A DNA stretch of 64,000 nt. Source: Candidatus Omnitrophota bacterium. Its GTDB lineage: Bacteria; Omnitrophota; Omnitrophia; Omnitrophales; JACROU01. The position numbers were made by a program, and so were the translations under genes. Shown here piece by piece: positions 1-10,295 of this stretch (position 1 is the first letter of the stretch; every line of letters begins with the position of its first letter). The notes under the pieces were generated by a model, which saw only the letters and a program-made list of their open reading frames with translations, was not told the DNA's origin and did no database searches. Where the stretch lies: positions 132,765 through 196,764 of the forward strand of contig JAJDCD010000004.1 of the NCBI GenBank assembly GCA_029261035.1. The letters are read 5' to 3'.

Positions 1-638
1 GCTGCCAAAAGAGATGCTCCTAACGCTGTTTGTTTTGCTAAGAGTGTTGCTTGTTTAACCGTAAGACCTCTCTTCACACCTTCCTTAGTTGCCAATTCCA
101 TCAATAAAAAATAATAAGCAGGACCACTTCCACTTAACGCGGTAACAGCATGAAAATGTTTTTCATTCAAAACGATAACTTCTCCACAGCATTCAAAAAT
201 TTTTATAGCTGAAGAAAGTAATGGTTTGTGCCCAGCCAATGCTGTAATCGACTCGCCCACTGTCGCTGCTAAATTGGGCATACAGCGAACAACTTGTACT
301 TTTGAACCAAAGTTCTTTTTTAATACCTGAACTGAAACTCCTGCTAAAATAGATATAATCTTAAGATTCTTTGGCTTTAGCCCTCGAACTATTTCTGCAA
401 TTTCTTTTAAGTTTTGAGGCTTCACAGCAAGAACAATAACATCCGATTTTTCAACTAAAGACTTAATTTCTTTAATCCATTTAACTTTCAATTCTTTTTG
501 TAACGCTTTTGGATTTTTAGAAATTACGTCATATACATATACTTGCGAAGGCGAAATTAGTTTTTGAAATAAAACACCTCTAATAATAGCCTCTCCCATA
601 TTACCAACACCGATCACACCTAATGACTTAAGTTTCAT
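1..638 (-). CDS. proC: pyrroline-5-carboxylate reductase (N-terminus complete, C-terminus runs off window start)
   Basis: Minus-strand ATG at 636-638 gives MKLKSLGVIGVGNMGEAII (Rossmann GxGxxG) and later an LSGSGPAY motif typical of P5C reductase. SD-like GGAGAA lies upstream. Absent from the ORF track because it is truncated by the window edge. Confidence 0.8.
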   Translation of the reverse strand, partial: MKLKSLGVIGVGNMGEAIIRGVLFQKLISPSQVYVYDVISKNPKALQKELKVKWIKEIKSLVEKSDVIVLAVKPQNLKEIAEIVRGLKPKNLKIISILAGVSVQVLKKNFGSKVQVVRCMPNLAATVGESITALAGHKPLLSSAIKIFECCGEVIVLNEKHFHAVTALSGSGPAYYFLLMELATKEGVKRGLTVKQATLLAKQTALGASLLA

Positions 639-658
639 TCTTTCTCCTCACTATAAAT

Positions 659-1333
659 TCAATAAACTCTTTCACCAAAAATAACGGTTCCTAAACGAAC
701 CATTGTCGCACCCTCTTCAACCGCTATGGAATAATCATGGCTCATCCCCATAGATAATTCTTTTAATTCTAACTTGTGATATTGAGCTTGCAACTCCTCA
801 CGCAAACAGCGTAATTCCTTAAAACAGTTTCTTATGATGCTTAGATCATCAGAGTGTGGCGCCATCGTCATAAGTCCTTTTACCCGAATCCGGTCCAATT
901 CTAGTATCCGCCCTAAATCAGACTCGACCTCAGAAGGCTTAAATCCATATTTCGTTTCCTCACCAGAAACATTAACTTGTAACAATACAGAAACTGTAAC
1001 ATCAACCTTCTCTGCTATTTTCTGAATTTCTTGTGCTAAACGAACACTATCGATGGAATGAATTAAAAACGTCTGTCCTACCAAATCCTTAACTTTATTC
1101 GTTTGAACATGCCCTATCATATGCCAACGGATATCTGACGGTAGTTCGGATTTCTTCCTCAAAAGCTCTTGGATCCGGCTCTCTCCAAAATCTCTAACCC
1201 CTAGATCATAAGCCTCTTTAATTTTATCTATATCCACTTTCTTACTTACTAGAACTAGTTGGCAAGCCTCTGTACTTGAATTATTTAACCCCATTAAAGC
1301 ATTCTGCACTTTAGTCAAATTATTCTGAATCAT
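659..1333 (-). CDS. YggS-family PLP-binding protein (alanine racemase N-terminal fold, PLP homeostasis)
   Basis: The 224-aa ORF has the length and motif pattern of the YggS/PROSC family (VSKKV...HMIGHVQTNKVK...MGMSHDY). Confidence 0.75.
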   Translation of the reverse strand: MIQNNLTKVQNALMGLNNSSTEACQLVLVSKKVDIDKIKEAYDLGVRDFGESRIQELLRKKSELPSDIRWHMIGHVQTNKVKDLVGQTFLIHSIDSVRLAQEIQKIAEKVDVTVSVLLQVNVSGEETKYGFKPSEVESDLGRILELDRIRVKGLMTMAPHSDDLSIIRNCFKELRCLREELQAQYHKLELKELSMGMSHDYSIAVEEGATMVRLGTVIFGERVY

Positions 1334-2699
1334 AACTCACTCCTAAATGAGAAATGATGTCTAATAGAATCAAAACGTCCTTTGGTGCCAATCGAAGTAT
1401 TTTAACATCATTTAAATCATCATGACTACCGCTTTTCACATATCCTTCAGATTTTTTTTCTTTTCCCGTAAGCTTAGCTTCAAAAACAAATGAGTCTTTT
1501 GTTTTCAATTTCAAAAAAATAGGGTCCATTTCATTCAAAACATCCCACTTCTCTTTTTTTTCTTGAGAAACATACTTTAATTCTTCAAAGGTATGCATCA
1601 AGTTCTGAAGCCAAGTTAGAGCCTCTGGATTTAAAGAATCTTCATTTTCCCACCATTGATTCTCAATTTTTTCAAAAGAATTGATTTGTTCATTGTGTTT
1701 AATATCTACCCTATTAATACCACCCAAGCTTTCCATCCATAAACGGCGATCGTAAAAATCTTCTGCTTTTCGGTTTAAATGCTTAGAAAAACGGGAATGG
1801 ATCATTGCCAAAGGAACTTTTTGGTCAATATGAATATAAAGCCCTGTTAACTCTCTAGAAGCATAGCCCAAATAAACTGTTTGGGGTTTCTGATTATAAA
1901 AAGAAAGCCTCACGTATTGCCTCTTATTTTTCAACCCCCACTTATCAGAAGTCCAGTCTTCCCCATCCACATATTGCGCAATAGACACCGAACGCAAGAA
2001 TTTAATATAGGCTTCAACTTCTTCCGAGTTTACTTTCTCATTTTTAAAGATCGAATTCGGATTAAAACCCCATCCGTTTTCAGAACGCACTAAATCAAAA
2101 TATCTCCCAGAATGCGCAATCCGAATACTTTTCACATCCCTTGGAACAAAACTAAACACTCCTCTTCGTCTTAAAGAATCCACAGATTTATCTAATGATT
2201 TTTTCAAATCTTCAGTAAGGTAAAATACCTGGGTGCTCCCATCCCACTTCGCATAATACAAATCTCTCAACTTCAACTTCTGTCCTACGATCAAAGTATG
2301 ATGAGCCCTAGACACAGTCGAGCCGACAACGAGTTTAAATAAAGGTTCATCAAATCCATAAGCTGCCCCTGTATCCTGAGAAAGAAACCCTTTTCCTTTT
2401 TTCCCATATCTCAACGACGTCAAGATACTCCCTACTGTTGCAGCATCACAAATTGTTTCTGTAGGCTCACTCATAAACCAATCTTCTTTAACTAATTGCA
2501 TTCTAATAGTTTTCTCGCCTAAACGTTCAAAACTTAAATAGTTGATTCGATCTTGAATGGGGAGAGGAAAAAGAACTTCTGCTTGAATAAATTCCTGAAA
2601 CAAATCCTTTTTATCTTCATTAATCACTTTAACTACTAAGTAGCCTACACCTAAAGCAACACATAAAATTAAAAGAATGGTTGTTCTGATTGTTTTCAT
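1320..2699 (-). CDS. DUF4340-like protein with N-terminal TM anchor, commonly found downstream of GldG-type genes
   Basis: 459-aa ORF with an N-terminal hydrophobic helix and no catalytic motifs. It is co-operonic and overlaps the gldG-like gene by 4 nt. Confidence 0.4.
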   Translation of the reverse strand: MKTIRTTILLILCVALGVGYLVVKVINEDKKDLFQEFIQAEVLFPLPIQDRINYLSFERLGEKTIRMQLVKEDWFMSEPTETICDAATVGSILTSLRYGKKGKGFLSQDTGAAYGFDEPLFKLVVGSTVSRAHHTLIVGQKLKLRDLYYAKWDGSTQVFYLTEDLKKSLDKSVDSLRRRGVFSFVPRDVKSIRIAHSGRYFDLVRSENGWGFNPNSIFKNEKVNSEEVEAYIKFLRSVSIAQYVDGEDWTSDKWGLKNKRQYVRLSFYNQKPQTVYLGYASRELTGLYIHIDQKVPLAMIHSRFSKHLNRKAEDFYDRRLWMESLGGINRVDIKHNEQINSFEKIENQWWENEDSLNPEALTWLQNLMHTFEELKYVSQEKKEKWDVLNEMDPIFLKLKTKDSFVFEAKLTGKEKKSEGYVKSGSHDDLNDVKILRLAPKDVLILLDIISHLGVSYDSE

Positions 2700-4228
2700 T
2701 TTTTAATCGTTTTTTTATAGCGAATCCAACGAAAAATAGTTCCAAGTAAAAGAATGCTGCACGGAAGATACACTGTAGGGGTCCAAAAAAGAATTTGCTG
2801 ATCTCCTGACTTGAGGACAAGAGGCGTATTAGGTCTTTGTTTATCCTGTATCCGTACTAAAGATAATTCGTCCGTAAGCCAAGCAATACTATTTAATATG
2901 AGATCCCGATTACCTGAGACATTGATATTGTTATTAATCACAAAATCTGAATCGCCAAATACAATCAATTTGTATTTTGTTTTTTGATGCCTCTGCAACT
3001 TAAGGTCTAATTCTGGAAAAGCCGTAACATTATCATCCTCGTTAGATTTTTCTGAGGAGGTTAACAAATCAAGGTTGTTTAACATAACATCAATTTTTGG
3101 AGTCTCACCCCCCTTAGTTGTTACTTTATCCACGCCCCCCACTTGACCTTCAACAACACAAGCAATAGAAACAGGCCCTTTCAAATCTTCAGAAATATCT
3201 AAAAACGCTTCCCCCTTTTCTAACTCTAGAACGTTAGACTCGGCCCAACTTGTTCCACTTGTAAAAGCTAAAGGAATTACAGAAACTCCAGGCGGAATAG
3301 CTTTTGATGGAGTCACTGAACGTGTTACGGGTAGCAAAGAAGCCAAAGTAAAATCGCGCGTTACAGGATGATCAGCATATTGAGTAACGACGGGAACTAA
3401 CAGGTCTGCACCTAAAGCTTTCCCAAGTTTATCCACAATAATGTTTTCTCCTAAATCAACACCCTTACGTCTGACCCATGTCTCAAAGCGAATTAAACTA
3501 TCTGGATTTACAGGATCAATAAGTATCAGTAAGTTACCACCTTCCATTAAATAACGTTCCAAAGAGTCCATTTCCAATTCAGAAAAGTCTGCTTTTGGGC
3601 CAAGAACAAGAACTACATCAGCATCTTCAGGAACGCCTCTATCATCTAAAACTAAATCGTCAACCGCATAGTTTTCATCTTCCAACTTCTGAGCAAGAGC
3701 CAAAGCCCCTCTTTTTGTTTTGCTAGTCATCAAAGACTCTCCATGCCCTTTAACAAAATACACTTTCTTTTTTTCTCCTCGAATAACACGTAAAAATGCA
3801 TTCGTCATTCTTTCTTCGCTAACTCCTTTAAGCCGTTCCGTTCGATCCATCACCTCAATGAGAACAACGCCATATTCATCCACACGGTATTTCTGGGTCA
3901 TAGAAGGTGTTTGATCTGGGTCATAGATAATGACTTGTAGCTTTTTTAATTTAGACTCATAACTCTTCATTAATTCCCTAAAGACTTCCCTCTCTCTGGA
4001 ATTGGATCTAAAAAAGGCTATCACTCTAACAGGTTCGTTTTCGATTTCTTGTAACACTTTGCCTGTAACACTTCCTAAACTAAAAATACGATTAGAGGTA
4101 AGATCAAATCTTAAGTTAAATTGAGTAACAATCCCATAAGCAAAGCAAATTAATATTGTTAAAATTAAAAAGCTAATTCCAATATGAAATTTTCCCCAAA
4201 ATTTAAATCGGCTTAAAGGTTGCTTCAT
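2696..4228 (-). CDS. GldG-like ABC-transporter accessory protein (ABC-type uncharacterized transport system)
   Basis: 510 aa with N- and C-terminal TM helices and a large periplasmic domain. Overlaps the upstream permease gene by 4 nt and lies in an A-F-G order with the ATPase and permease genes. Confidence 0.6.
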   Translation of the reverse strand: MKQPLSRFKFWGKFHIGISFLILTILICFAYGIVTQFNLRFDLTSNRIFSLGSVTGKVLQEIENEPVRVIAFFRSNSREREVFRELMKSYESKLKKLQVIIYDPDQTPSMTQKYRVDEYGVVLIEVMDRTERLKGVSEERMTNAFLRVIRGEKKKVYFVKGHGESLMTSKTKRGALALAQKLEDENYAVDDLVLDDRGVPEDADVVLVLGPKADFSELEMDSLERYLMEGGNLLILIDPVNPDSLIRFETWVRRKGVDLGENIIVDKLGKALGADLLVPVVTQYADHPVTRDFTLASLLPVTRSVTPSKAIPPGVSVIPLAFTSGTSWAESNVLELEKGEAFLDISEDLKGPVSIACVVEGQVGGVDKVTTKGGETPKIDVMLNNLDLLTSSEKSNEDDNVTAFPELDLKLQRHQKTKYKLIVFGDSDFVINNNINVSGNRDLILNSIAWLTDELSLVRIQDKQRPNTPLVLKSGDQQILFWTPTVYLPCSILLLGTIFRWIRYKKTIKK

Positions 4229-5001
4229 TTACTTAACACTCTCATTTCAAGTCTCATAATAGTAGCCATAAGAAAAAATAACGTTAACAAAGAATAATAA
4301 ATCACATCCTTCACCTCTAAAACTCCTTTAACCAGACTCCTATAATGATTCAAAGCTGAAAGGTGTCCTGTCCAACTAAGCCAAGAAGATTGATTCAAGC
4401 CTTCGATCCAACCAATAACCCACAAAAACATCATTATCGAAAAAGCAACAACAGCAGCTACAATTTGGTTCTCTGTTAAACTAGAACAAAAAATACCAAT
4501 TGCCATAAAAGAAGCTCCTAGCAACATCACTCCCAGAAAGCCTGTCAGCACCGTTCCCCATTCAAAATACCCTCCAACCATCTGAATTAATATTGGGTAT
4601 AAAAATAAAGGGAACGCCATAAAGAAAAACAATGTCATCATAGACAAGTATTTACCCACCACAACTTCCCAATCTCTCACTGGAAGAGTCAACAAAAGCT
4701 CTAAAGTCCCTTGTTTTTTTTCTTCAGAAAAACTTCTCATCGTTATTACCGGAACAAAAAAGATAACCAGTACAGCAACATTAGAATAGAGATGCGTTAG
4801 AACCATCTCCGTAAGATTGAAATTAAGGTTCTGGATCCCAGGGTTTTCATTCCACTGCTGAGACATAATAGAAAAAGAAGCCGTTAGAGAAAGAAAAAAA
4901 TAACTCGCAATAGATATAAATAGCGCCACCAATAAATAAGCTATAAACGAATGCAGCAGTTGAAACACTTCTCTTTTGTATATTGTAAAAACAGGTCCCA
5001 T
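4225..5001 (-). CDS. ABC-2 family permease (GldF-like)
   Basis: 258-aa polytopic membrane protein that immediately follows the ABC ATPase gene. Confidence 0.65.
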   Translation of the reverse strand: MGPVFTIYKREVFQLLHSFIAYLLVALFISIASYFFLSLTASFSIMSQQWNENPGIQNLNFNLTEMVLTHLYSNVAVLVIFFVPVITMRSFSEEKKQGTLELLLTLPVRDWEVVVGKYLSMMTLFFFMAFPLFLYPILIQMVGGYFEWGTVLTGFLGVMLLGASFMAIGIFCSSLTENQIVAAVVAFSIMMFLWVIGWIEGLNQSSWLSWTGHLSALNHYRSLVKGVLEVKDVIYYSLLTLFFLMATIMRLEMRVLSK

Positions 5002-5016
5002 AACTTAATATCCTAT

Positions 5017-5997
5017 TTAAATGTGTGTTGACGCTTTTTCTTGATTTCGTACTAATGCTAAAAAAACGTCTTCTAATTTCGATTCCTCTTCGACCATCTC
5101 TCTAATTTCTATATGATCATGAACTAGCTTCTCAAGTACTTGAGAAAGAATCTCGGCCTTTGGATTTGAAACAATTCTATAAAAATTATATTCTTCCAAA
5201 CTCTTCAGTTTAAGAACGGATTCAACTCCTGTAATACTTTTCAACAAAACCATTACCTTTTCATCATTTCCTTTTACTCCCAAACGATAATAACGTTTTA
5301 CCTTTAAGCGATCTGTCAACTCACTGGGTTTTCCACTCGCCAGAATTGTTCCTTGATTCATAATAAGAACACGGTCAGCCACCTTTTCAACTTCCGACAA
5401 CAAATGGGTAGATAGAATAACAGAAGAGTCTTTATTTAATTTCTTGATCAATTGCCTCATTTCTACTGTTTGCTCTGGGTCCAACCCTGATGTCGGTTCA
5501 TCCAACAAAATAAGCTTAGGTTTACCCAAAATAGCCTGAGCTAACCCCACTCGTTGCTTAAACCCCTTAGATAACTTTCCTATCAAATGAGATTCGACAG
5601 ATTCCAAAGACAAGAAATTCAACACTCGATCTAACTCTTCTTTTCTTTTTTGTTTATGAAGACGTTTCATATTGGCTATAAAAATCAAAAATTCTTTCAC
5701 CGTCATATCTAGATATAGAGGAACATTTTCAGGAAGGTAACCAATCTGTTTTCTAGAAAGAATAGGGTGTCCAACTAAGGAAAACCCATTAACAAAAATC
5801 TCACCTTGTGTTGGGGGAAGAAAACCTGCCAACATTCTTAAAGTGGTTGTCTTACCGGCTCCATTAGGACCTAACAACCCTAATGTTTCTTGAGGATGCA
5901 GCTTAAAAGTTAAATCAGTAACAGCATCAAAAGTACCAAAGGTCTTTTTTATATGATTAACTTCTAGAATAGATAAAGGTTGGTTTATTTCTGACAT
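5017..5997 (-). CDS. ABC transporter ATP-binding protein (GldA-like)
   Basis: Walker A GPNGAGKTT, ABC signature LSKGFKQRV and Walker B ILLDEP. Confidence 0.85.
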   Translation of the reverse strand: MSEINQPLSILEVNHIKKTFGTFDAVTDLTFKLHPQETLGLLGPNGAGKTTTLRMLAGFLPPTQGEIFVNGFSLVGHPILSRKQIGYLPENVPLYLDMTVKEFLIFIANMKRLHKQKRKEELDRVLNFLSLESVESHLIGKLSKGFKQRVGLAQAILGKPKLILLDEPTSGLDPEQTVEMRQLIKKLNKDSSVILSTHLLSEVEKVADRVLIMNQGTILASGKPSELTDRLKVKRYYRLGVKGNDEKVMVLLKSITGVESVLKLKSLEEYNFYRIVSNPKAEILSQVLEKLVHDHIEIREMVEEESKLEDVFLALVRNQEKASTHI

Positions 5998-6045
5998 TAA
6001 TATTCCCGAAACTAAGGTTTGATTTTTTAGAATTGATGATTTGGA

Positions 6046-7254
6046 CTAAGCTTTACAAACTCTTGCAAATTTTCTCTTCCCACACTGAATAATTACTTCT
6101 TGATCTAAATCAATTTCAAGCTTCGTATCCGTTATTTTTTCTTGATTAACTTTCACCCCACCCTGTTCTATTAGCCGGCGCGCTTCAGATTTACTACTAA
6201 CAAGCTTGATTTCAAACAACAAAGGGCCTATTTCCATCGAACTCTCTTTAAAAGTAAATAAGGGCATATCCTCAGGTAATTTTTTATTCTTAAAAATATG
6301 CTCAAATCCTTCATAAGCTTCTTCTGCTCGAGACTCATCATAATAAAGTGAAACGATTTGCTTTGCTAATTTAACTTTCATTTCTTTGGGGTGAATTTTT
6401 TCTTTATTCAAATCATTCTCTAAAGCATCACATGTAGCTCGATCCCAACCCGTAAAGTAGCGCATATATCGAAGCATTAAAGTATCTGAAACAGACATGA
6501 CTTTACCAAAAATTTCTGAAGGCTCCTCTTGAACTCCAATATAATTACCCAAAGATTTCGACATTTTTTGCACACCATCCGTTCCTTCAAGAATAGGTAA
6601 TGTTAAAACAGCTTGAGGAAACTTGCCATAATCCCTTTGTAATTCACGGCCCACTAATAAATTAAATTTCTGATCCGTACCACCTACTTCTACATCCGAA
6701 TCCACAACCACAGAATCATAACCCTGAAGCAGGGGATATAACAGTTCAATCACGGCTATGGGTAGATTCGATTTAAAGCGCTTATTAAAATCATCTCGCT
6801 CCAGGAGACGCGCCACAGTATATCGAGAAGTCAATGTAAGGAATTCCGTTGGAGACAATGCATCCAACCATTCGGAATTGTATCGAACCTCAGTTTGTTT
6901 TTTATTTAAAATTTTAAAAACTTGTTCTTGGTAAGTAATTGCATTTTGTTTAACCTCTTCTTCAGATAACGCTTTACGCGTTTCCGAAACACCTGAAGGG
7001 TCTCCAATACGCGCTGTAAAATCTCCAATAATAAATACAACAGTATGTCCAAGCTCTTGAATTTCACGAAGCTTTCTTAAAGGAACCGTATGCCCCAAAT
7101 GAATATCCGGAGCTGAAGGATCTGCGCCATACTTAACCCGCAAAGGCCTTTTCTCTTTCGCAGCGATTTCTAGCTTTTTAGAGAGTTCTTCTTCAGAAAT
7201 AAGCTCTTCCGCACCCTCTTTAAATACATCAATCTGATCTTTGACTGATTTCAT
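6046..7254 (-). CDS. tyrS: tyrosine--tRNA ligase
   Basis: Class I HIGH motif (HLGH), a KMSKS motif and a C-terminal S4 domain. 402 aa. Confidence 0.9.
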   Translation of the reverse strand: MKSVKDQIDVFKEGAEELISEEELSKKLEIAAKEKRPLRVKYGADPSAPDIHLGHTVPLRKLREIQELGHTVVFIIGDFTARIGDPSGVSETRKALSEEEVKQNAITYQEQVFKILNKKQTEVRYNSEWLDALSPTEFLTLTSRYTVARLLERDDFNKRFKSNLPIAVIELLYPLLQGYDSVVVDSDVEVGGTDQKFNLLVGRELQRDYGKFPQAVLTLPILEGTDGVQKMSKSLGNYIGVQEEPSEIFGKVMSVSDTLMLRYMRYFTGWDRATCDALENDLNKEKIHPKEMKVKLAKQIVSLYYDESRAEEAYEGFEHIFKNKKLPEDMPLFTFKESSMEIGPLLFEIKLVSSKSEARRLIEQGGVKVNQEKITDTKLEIDLDQEVIIQCGKRKFARVCKA

Positions 7255-7289
7255 AACATCCTCATAAAAGACAATTGATTTTATCTAAA

Positions 7290-7325
7290 ACAAAAAAAGG
7301 TCGCTCTAAAAAATAGAGCGACCTT
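7290..7325 (-). terminator. Rho-independent (bidirectional-looking) terminator downstream of rpsA
   Basis: GGTCGCTCT-N7-AGAGCGACC hairpin flanked by an A-run on one side and a T-run on the other. Confidence 0.55.
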
Positions 7326-7360
7326 TGTAAAACAGAACTACTCGATATAATTAACGACCA

Positions 7361-8986
7361 TTAAGATGCGCTAGAAACAGCTTCTTCAATAAGTCCTAAT
7401 GCAATCTTACGACCTTCCACATCGACCGTTAAAATATTTACCTCAATTTCTTGATCCACTTTAAAAGAATCTTCTAAGTTTTTAGATTGAGACTCAGGAA
7501 TCTTTGAAATATGAAGCAAGCCTTCAAAGCCGCCCACTAATTCAAGAAAAACACCAAAGTTTATTACTTTAGATACCTTTCCCTTAATAACAACCCCTTC
7601 TTTAATTTCTTCTGGTATAGAAGGCCATGGGTCTTCTTCTAACTGCTTAACTCCAAGAGATATTTTTCTTTCGCCAATATCCACAGAAAGGATTTTAGCT
7701 TTTACTTTATCTCCTTTATTCACAAATTCGCTAGGATGATTGATTTTTTTCACCCAAGACATATCAGAAATGTGAACGAGCCCACCAATTCCTGGTTCTA
7801 GCTCAACGAAAGCACCGTAATCGGTAAGATTACGAACTTCACCTTCAATAGTCTCACCCTCTTTATACTTGTCGTTAGCTTCACTCCATGGATTTTGTTC
7901 AATTTGCTTAATCCCAAGAGCAATTTTACGGCTTTCTTTATCGCAGCTCAAGATGATAGCTTCAACCTCATCACCAATCTTAAGAATCTCAGATGGATGC
8001 GTAATACGTTTCGTCCAAGAAAGCTCACTGATATGAACTAGTCCTTCAATTCCTTTTTCAATTTCAATAAAAGCACCATAAGGAAGAATGTTAACTACTT
8101 TCCCTTTGACTCTTTCATTAATTGGGAATTTATCACTCACACCATCCCAAGGAGATGCTTGGCATTGTTTTAGACCTAATGAAATTCTTTCTTTCACTTT
8201 GTCAAAACCAATAACCTTTAAATCCAACTCTTGGTTTAAAGAAACGATTTCACTTGGGTGAGAAATACGCCCCCAGCTAATATCCGTGATATGAAGCAGA
8301 CCATCAATACCGCCTAGGTCAATAAAAGCACCAAAGTCTGTAATGTTCTTAACACGACCTTTAACAATTTGGCCTTCTTCAATTTCACCCAACATTTTAC
8401 TGCGCGCTTCTTGCTTTTCACCTTCGAGAAAATCTTTTCTACTTAAAACAACATTCTTTCTCTTAGAGTTAATTTTTACGATTTTAAATTGACCACCTTG
8501 CCCTAAAAATTGGTCAAGATTTTTAGTTGGTTTCAAAGCAACTAAACTAGCAGGTAGGAAAGCTTCCATCCCAACATCAACCATAAAACCACCGCGAACT
8601 TTTCTGAAGATTCGGCCTTCTACAACATCCCCCTCTTCCATCTTAGAAAGGATGTCATTCCAACATTTGACCTTATCTGCTTTTCTTTTAGAAACAACAA
8701 CCATTCCTTCATCATCTTCTTGGTTCTCTAAAAGCACATCAATCTTCATTCCAATTTCCACTGTATGCGGATCTGTAAACTCATCTAACTTTAAAACACC
8801 TTCTGATTTATAGCCAATATCGACTAACACCTCTTTATTGCTTAAAGCAACTACCTCTCCCGAGATAATTTCACCTTCAGCAAAATTCTTAAAGGTGTCT
8901 TCGTATAGAGCTAACGTACTTTCAGAAGTTGTTCCTTCTTCGAGTTCGCTTTCAGTTTTGTTAAGTTCAAGTTCAGTTGATACCAT
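7361..8986 (-). CDS. rpsA: 30S ribosomal protein S1
   Basis: 541 aa with about six tandem S1 RNA-binding repeats (recurring GxV.GxV..i.dfGaFv). Confidence 0.9.
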   Translation of the reverse strand: MVSTELELNKTESELEEGTTSESTLALYEDTFKNFAEGEIISGEVVALSNKEVLVDIGYKSEGVLKLDEFTDPHTVEIGMKIDVLLENQEDDEGMVVVSKRKADKVKCWNDILSKMEEGDVVEGRIFRKVRGGFMVDVGMEAFLPASLVALKPTKNLDQFLGQGGQFKIVKINSKRKNVVLSRKDFLEGEKQEARSKMLGEIEEGQIVKGRVKNITDFGAFIDLGGIDGLLHITDISWGRISHPSEIVSLNQELDLKVIGFDKVKERISLGLKQCQASPWDGVSDKFPINERVKGKVVNILPYGAFIEIEKGIEGLVHISELSWTKRITHPSEILKIGDEVEAIILSCDKESRKIALGIKQIEQNPWSEANDKYKEGETIEGEVRNLTDYGAFVELEPGIGGLVHISDMSWVKKINHPSEFVNKGDKVKAKILSVDIGERKISLGVKQLEEDPWPSIPEEIKEGVVIKGKVSKVINFGVFLELVGGFEGLLHISKIPESQSKNLEDSFKVDQEIEVNILTVDVEGRKIALGLIEEAVSSAS

Positions 8987-9098
8987 TAGGATTGTATCCT
9001 CCTCAGAATATAATAAATTTGGGTTGTGATTATATCATATGTCCTTTAAAAGGACAGAGAAAATAAATTAACACTATAACTATATACTATGAAACAAC

Positions 9099-10280
9099 TT
9101 AAAGATTTACCCGGCTCTCATCTAAAGCTTTATTTTCATCCCTCAACTTCAAAAGAGCTTCACGAATCCTCCCCTGTACTATATGAACCTTATCTTTAGA
9201 TACAGGCAAAGACATCAAATCATCTAAGAATACAGGGGGGCCAAAAACCAAACTCACAGGAGTTTTGTTAACCTTAGACCCACCTCTAGACAGAGCCTTC
9301 TCAGTCCCCTCCATCCACGCTGGAATAATAGGAGCCCCCGTTCTTAATGCCATAAGAGCAGCCCCAGGCTTAATAGATCCTAACTCAAGATCTTTACTTC
9401 TAGTTCCCTCAGGAAACACACACAACGCATGTCCACTTATAATTAAACGCACAGCGAGCCGAATAATCGAGGTAATATCTCCTTTTCCTCTTTTAATCGC
9501 AAACGCGTTCAAACTTTCAATAAACCATTTGAACATAGGTTTTTCAAACAAAGTATCTCTCGCCAAAAAACTCAACATCTGCTTAGCGCCAAAACCCAAA
9601 ATCACGGGGTCTAAATGACTCCTATGATTGCTAGCCAAAATATAACCTCTGTCCTTAGGAAGGTTTTCTTGCCCTGAACTCCTAAGATTAAACATAATCG
9701 GATCAATAACTCTAATTCCAAATTGATACAAAAACCAATACATAAATTTCCAACTTCTCGGCTTTTGATGAATCTCATTTAAAATATGAAGATGTATTTC
9801 ATTCTCCGTTTTTCCATCCACACATACAAATTTCTTTTTTTCAGTTTTATCAAAAGCTTTTTTCTTAGAAAACAAATAAATACAAGATGTTAAAGAACTA
9901 TAAAAAGGTTGAACAAAATCACCAGACACAACAGCATTCAAAGAACCTACTAAATTCTTGTGGACAGAATTTATTTTTTTCCCAACACCTCTATATTCTG
10001 TCAATAAGAGCATCACCTCTTTAAACTTAGACTCCTCTATTTGAAAGTTCACAGATTCCTTTGAGGAATGAAGGTTTTCTAATATTTCAAAAGGAAGAGA
10101 ATCTACAAATAGAACAACTTCTTCTTTGTCATGAGGATTAATTGATTTTTCTAAAATTTGGTTGGCTAAATACTGATAAGTCAGAGTCGTGTCTAAATAG
10201 AAAGCATCTAAACGCTTTGCTAATAACTCCGATTGTGTTTGAACATAAGAAAGAGAATCTCCTTCAACAACAATAATCAT
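9099..10280 (-). CDS. plsC: 1-acyl-sn-glycerol-3-phosphate acyltransferase with an N-terminal degenerate cytidylate-kinase-like domain
   Basis: The C-terminal half has acyltransferase motifs NHRSHLD (HxxxxD) and FPEGTRS. The N-terminal 200 aa resembles Cmk (IIVVEG...LAKRLDAFYLDTTLTYQ) but the P-loop is degenerate. Sits upstream of rpsA, the classic cmk-rpsA linkage. Confidence 0.7.
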   Translation of the reverse strand: MIIVVEGDSLSYVQTQSELLAKRLDAFYLDTTLTYQYLANQILEKSINPHDKEEVVLFVDSLPFEILENLHSSKESVNFQIEESKFKEVMLLLTEYRGVGKKINSVHKNLVGSLNAVVSGDFVQPFYSSLTSCIYLFSKKKAFDKTEKKKFVCVDGKTENEIHLHILNEIHQKPRSWKFMYWFLYQFGIRVIDPIMFNLRSSGQENLPKDRGYILASNHRSHLDPVILGFGAKQMLSFLARDTLFEKPMFKWFIESLNAFAIKRGKGDITSIIRLAVRLIISGHALCVFPEGTRSKDLELGSIKPGAALMALRTGAPIIPAWMEGTEKALSRGGSKVNKTPVSLVFGPPVFLDDLMSLPVSKDKVHIVQGRIREALLKLRDENKALDESRVNL

Positions 10281-10295
10281 AATGTATACCTGGCA

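Noticed and set aside
9265-9618. 117-aa plus-strand ORF
   Set aside because: Antisense within the PlsC acyltransferase domain.
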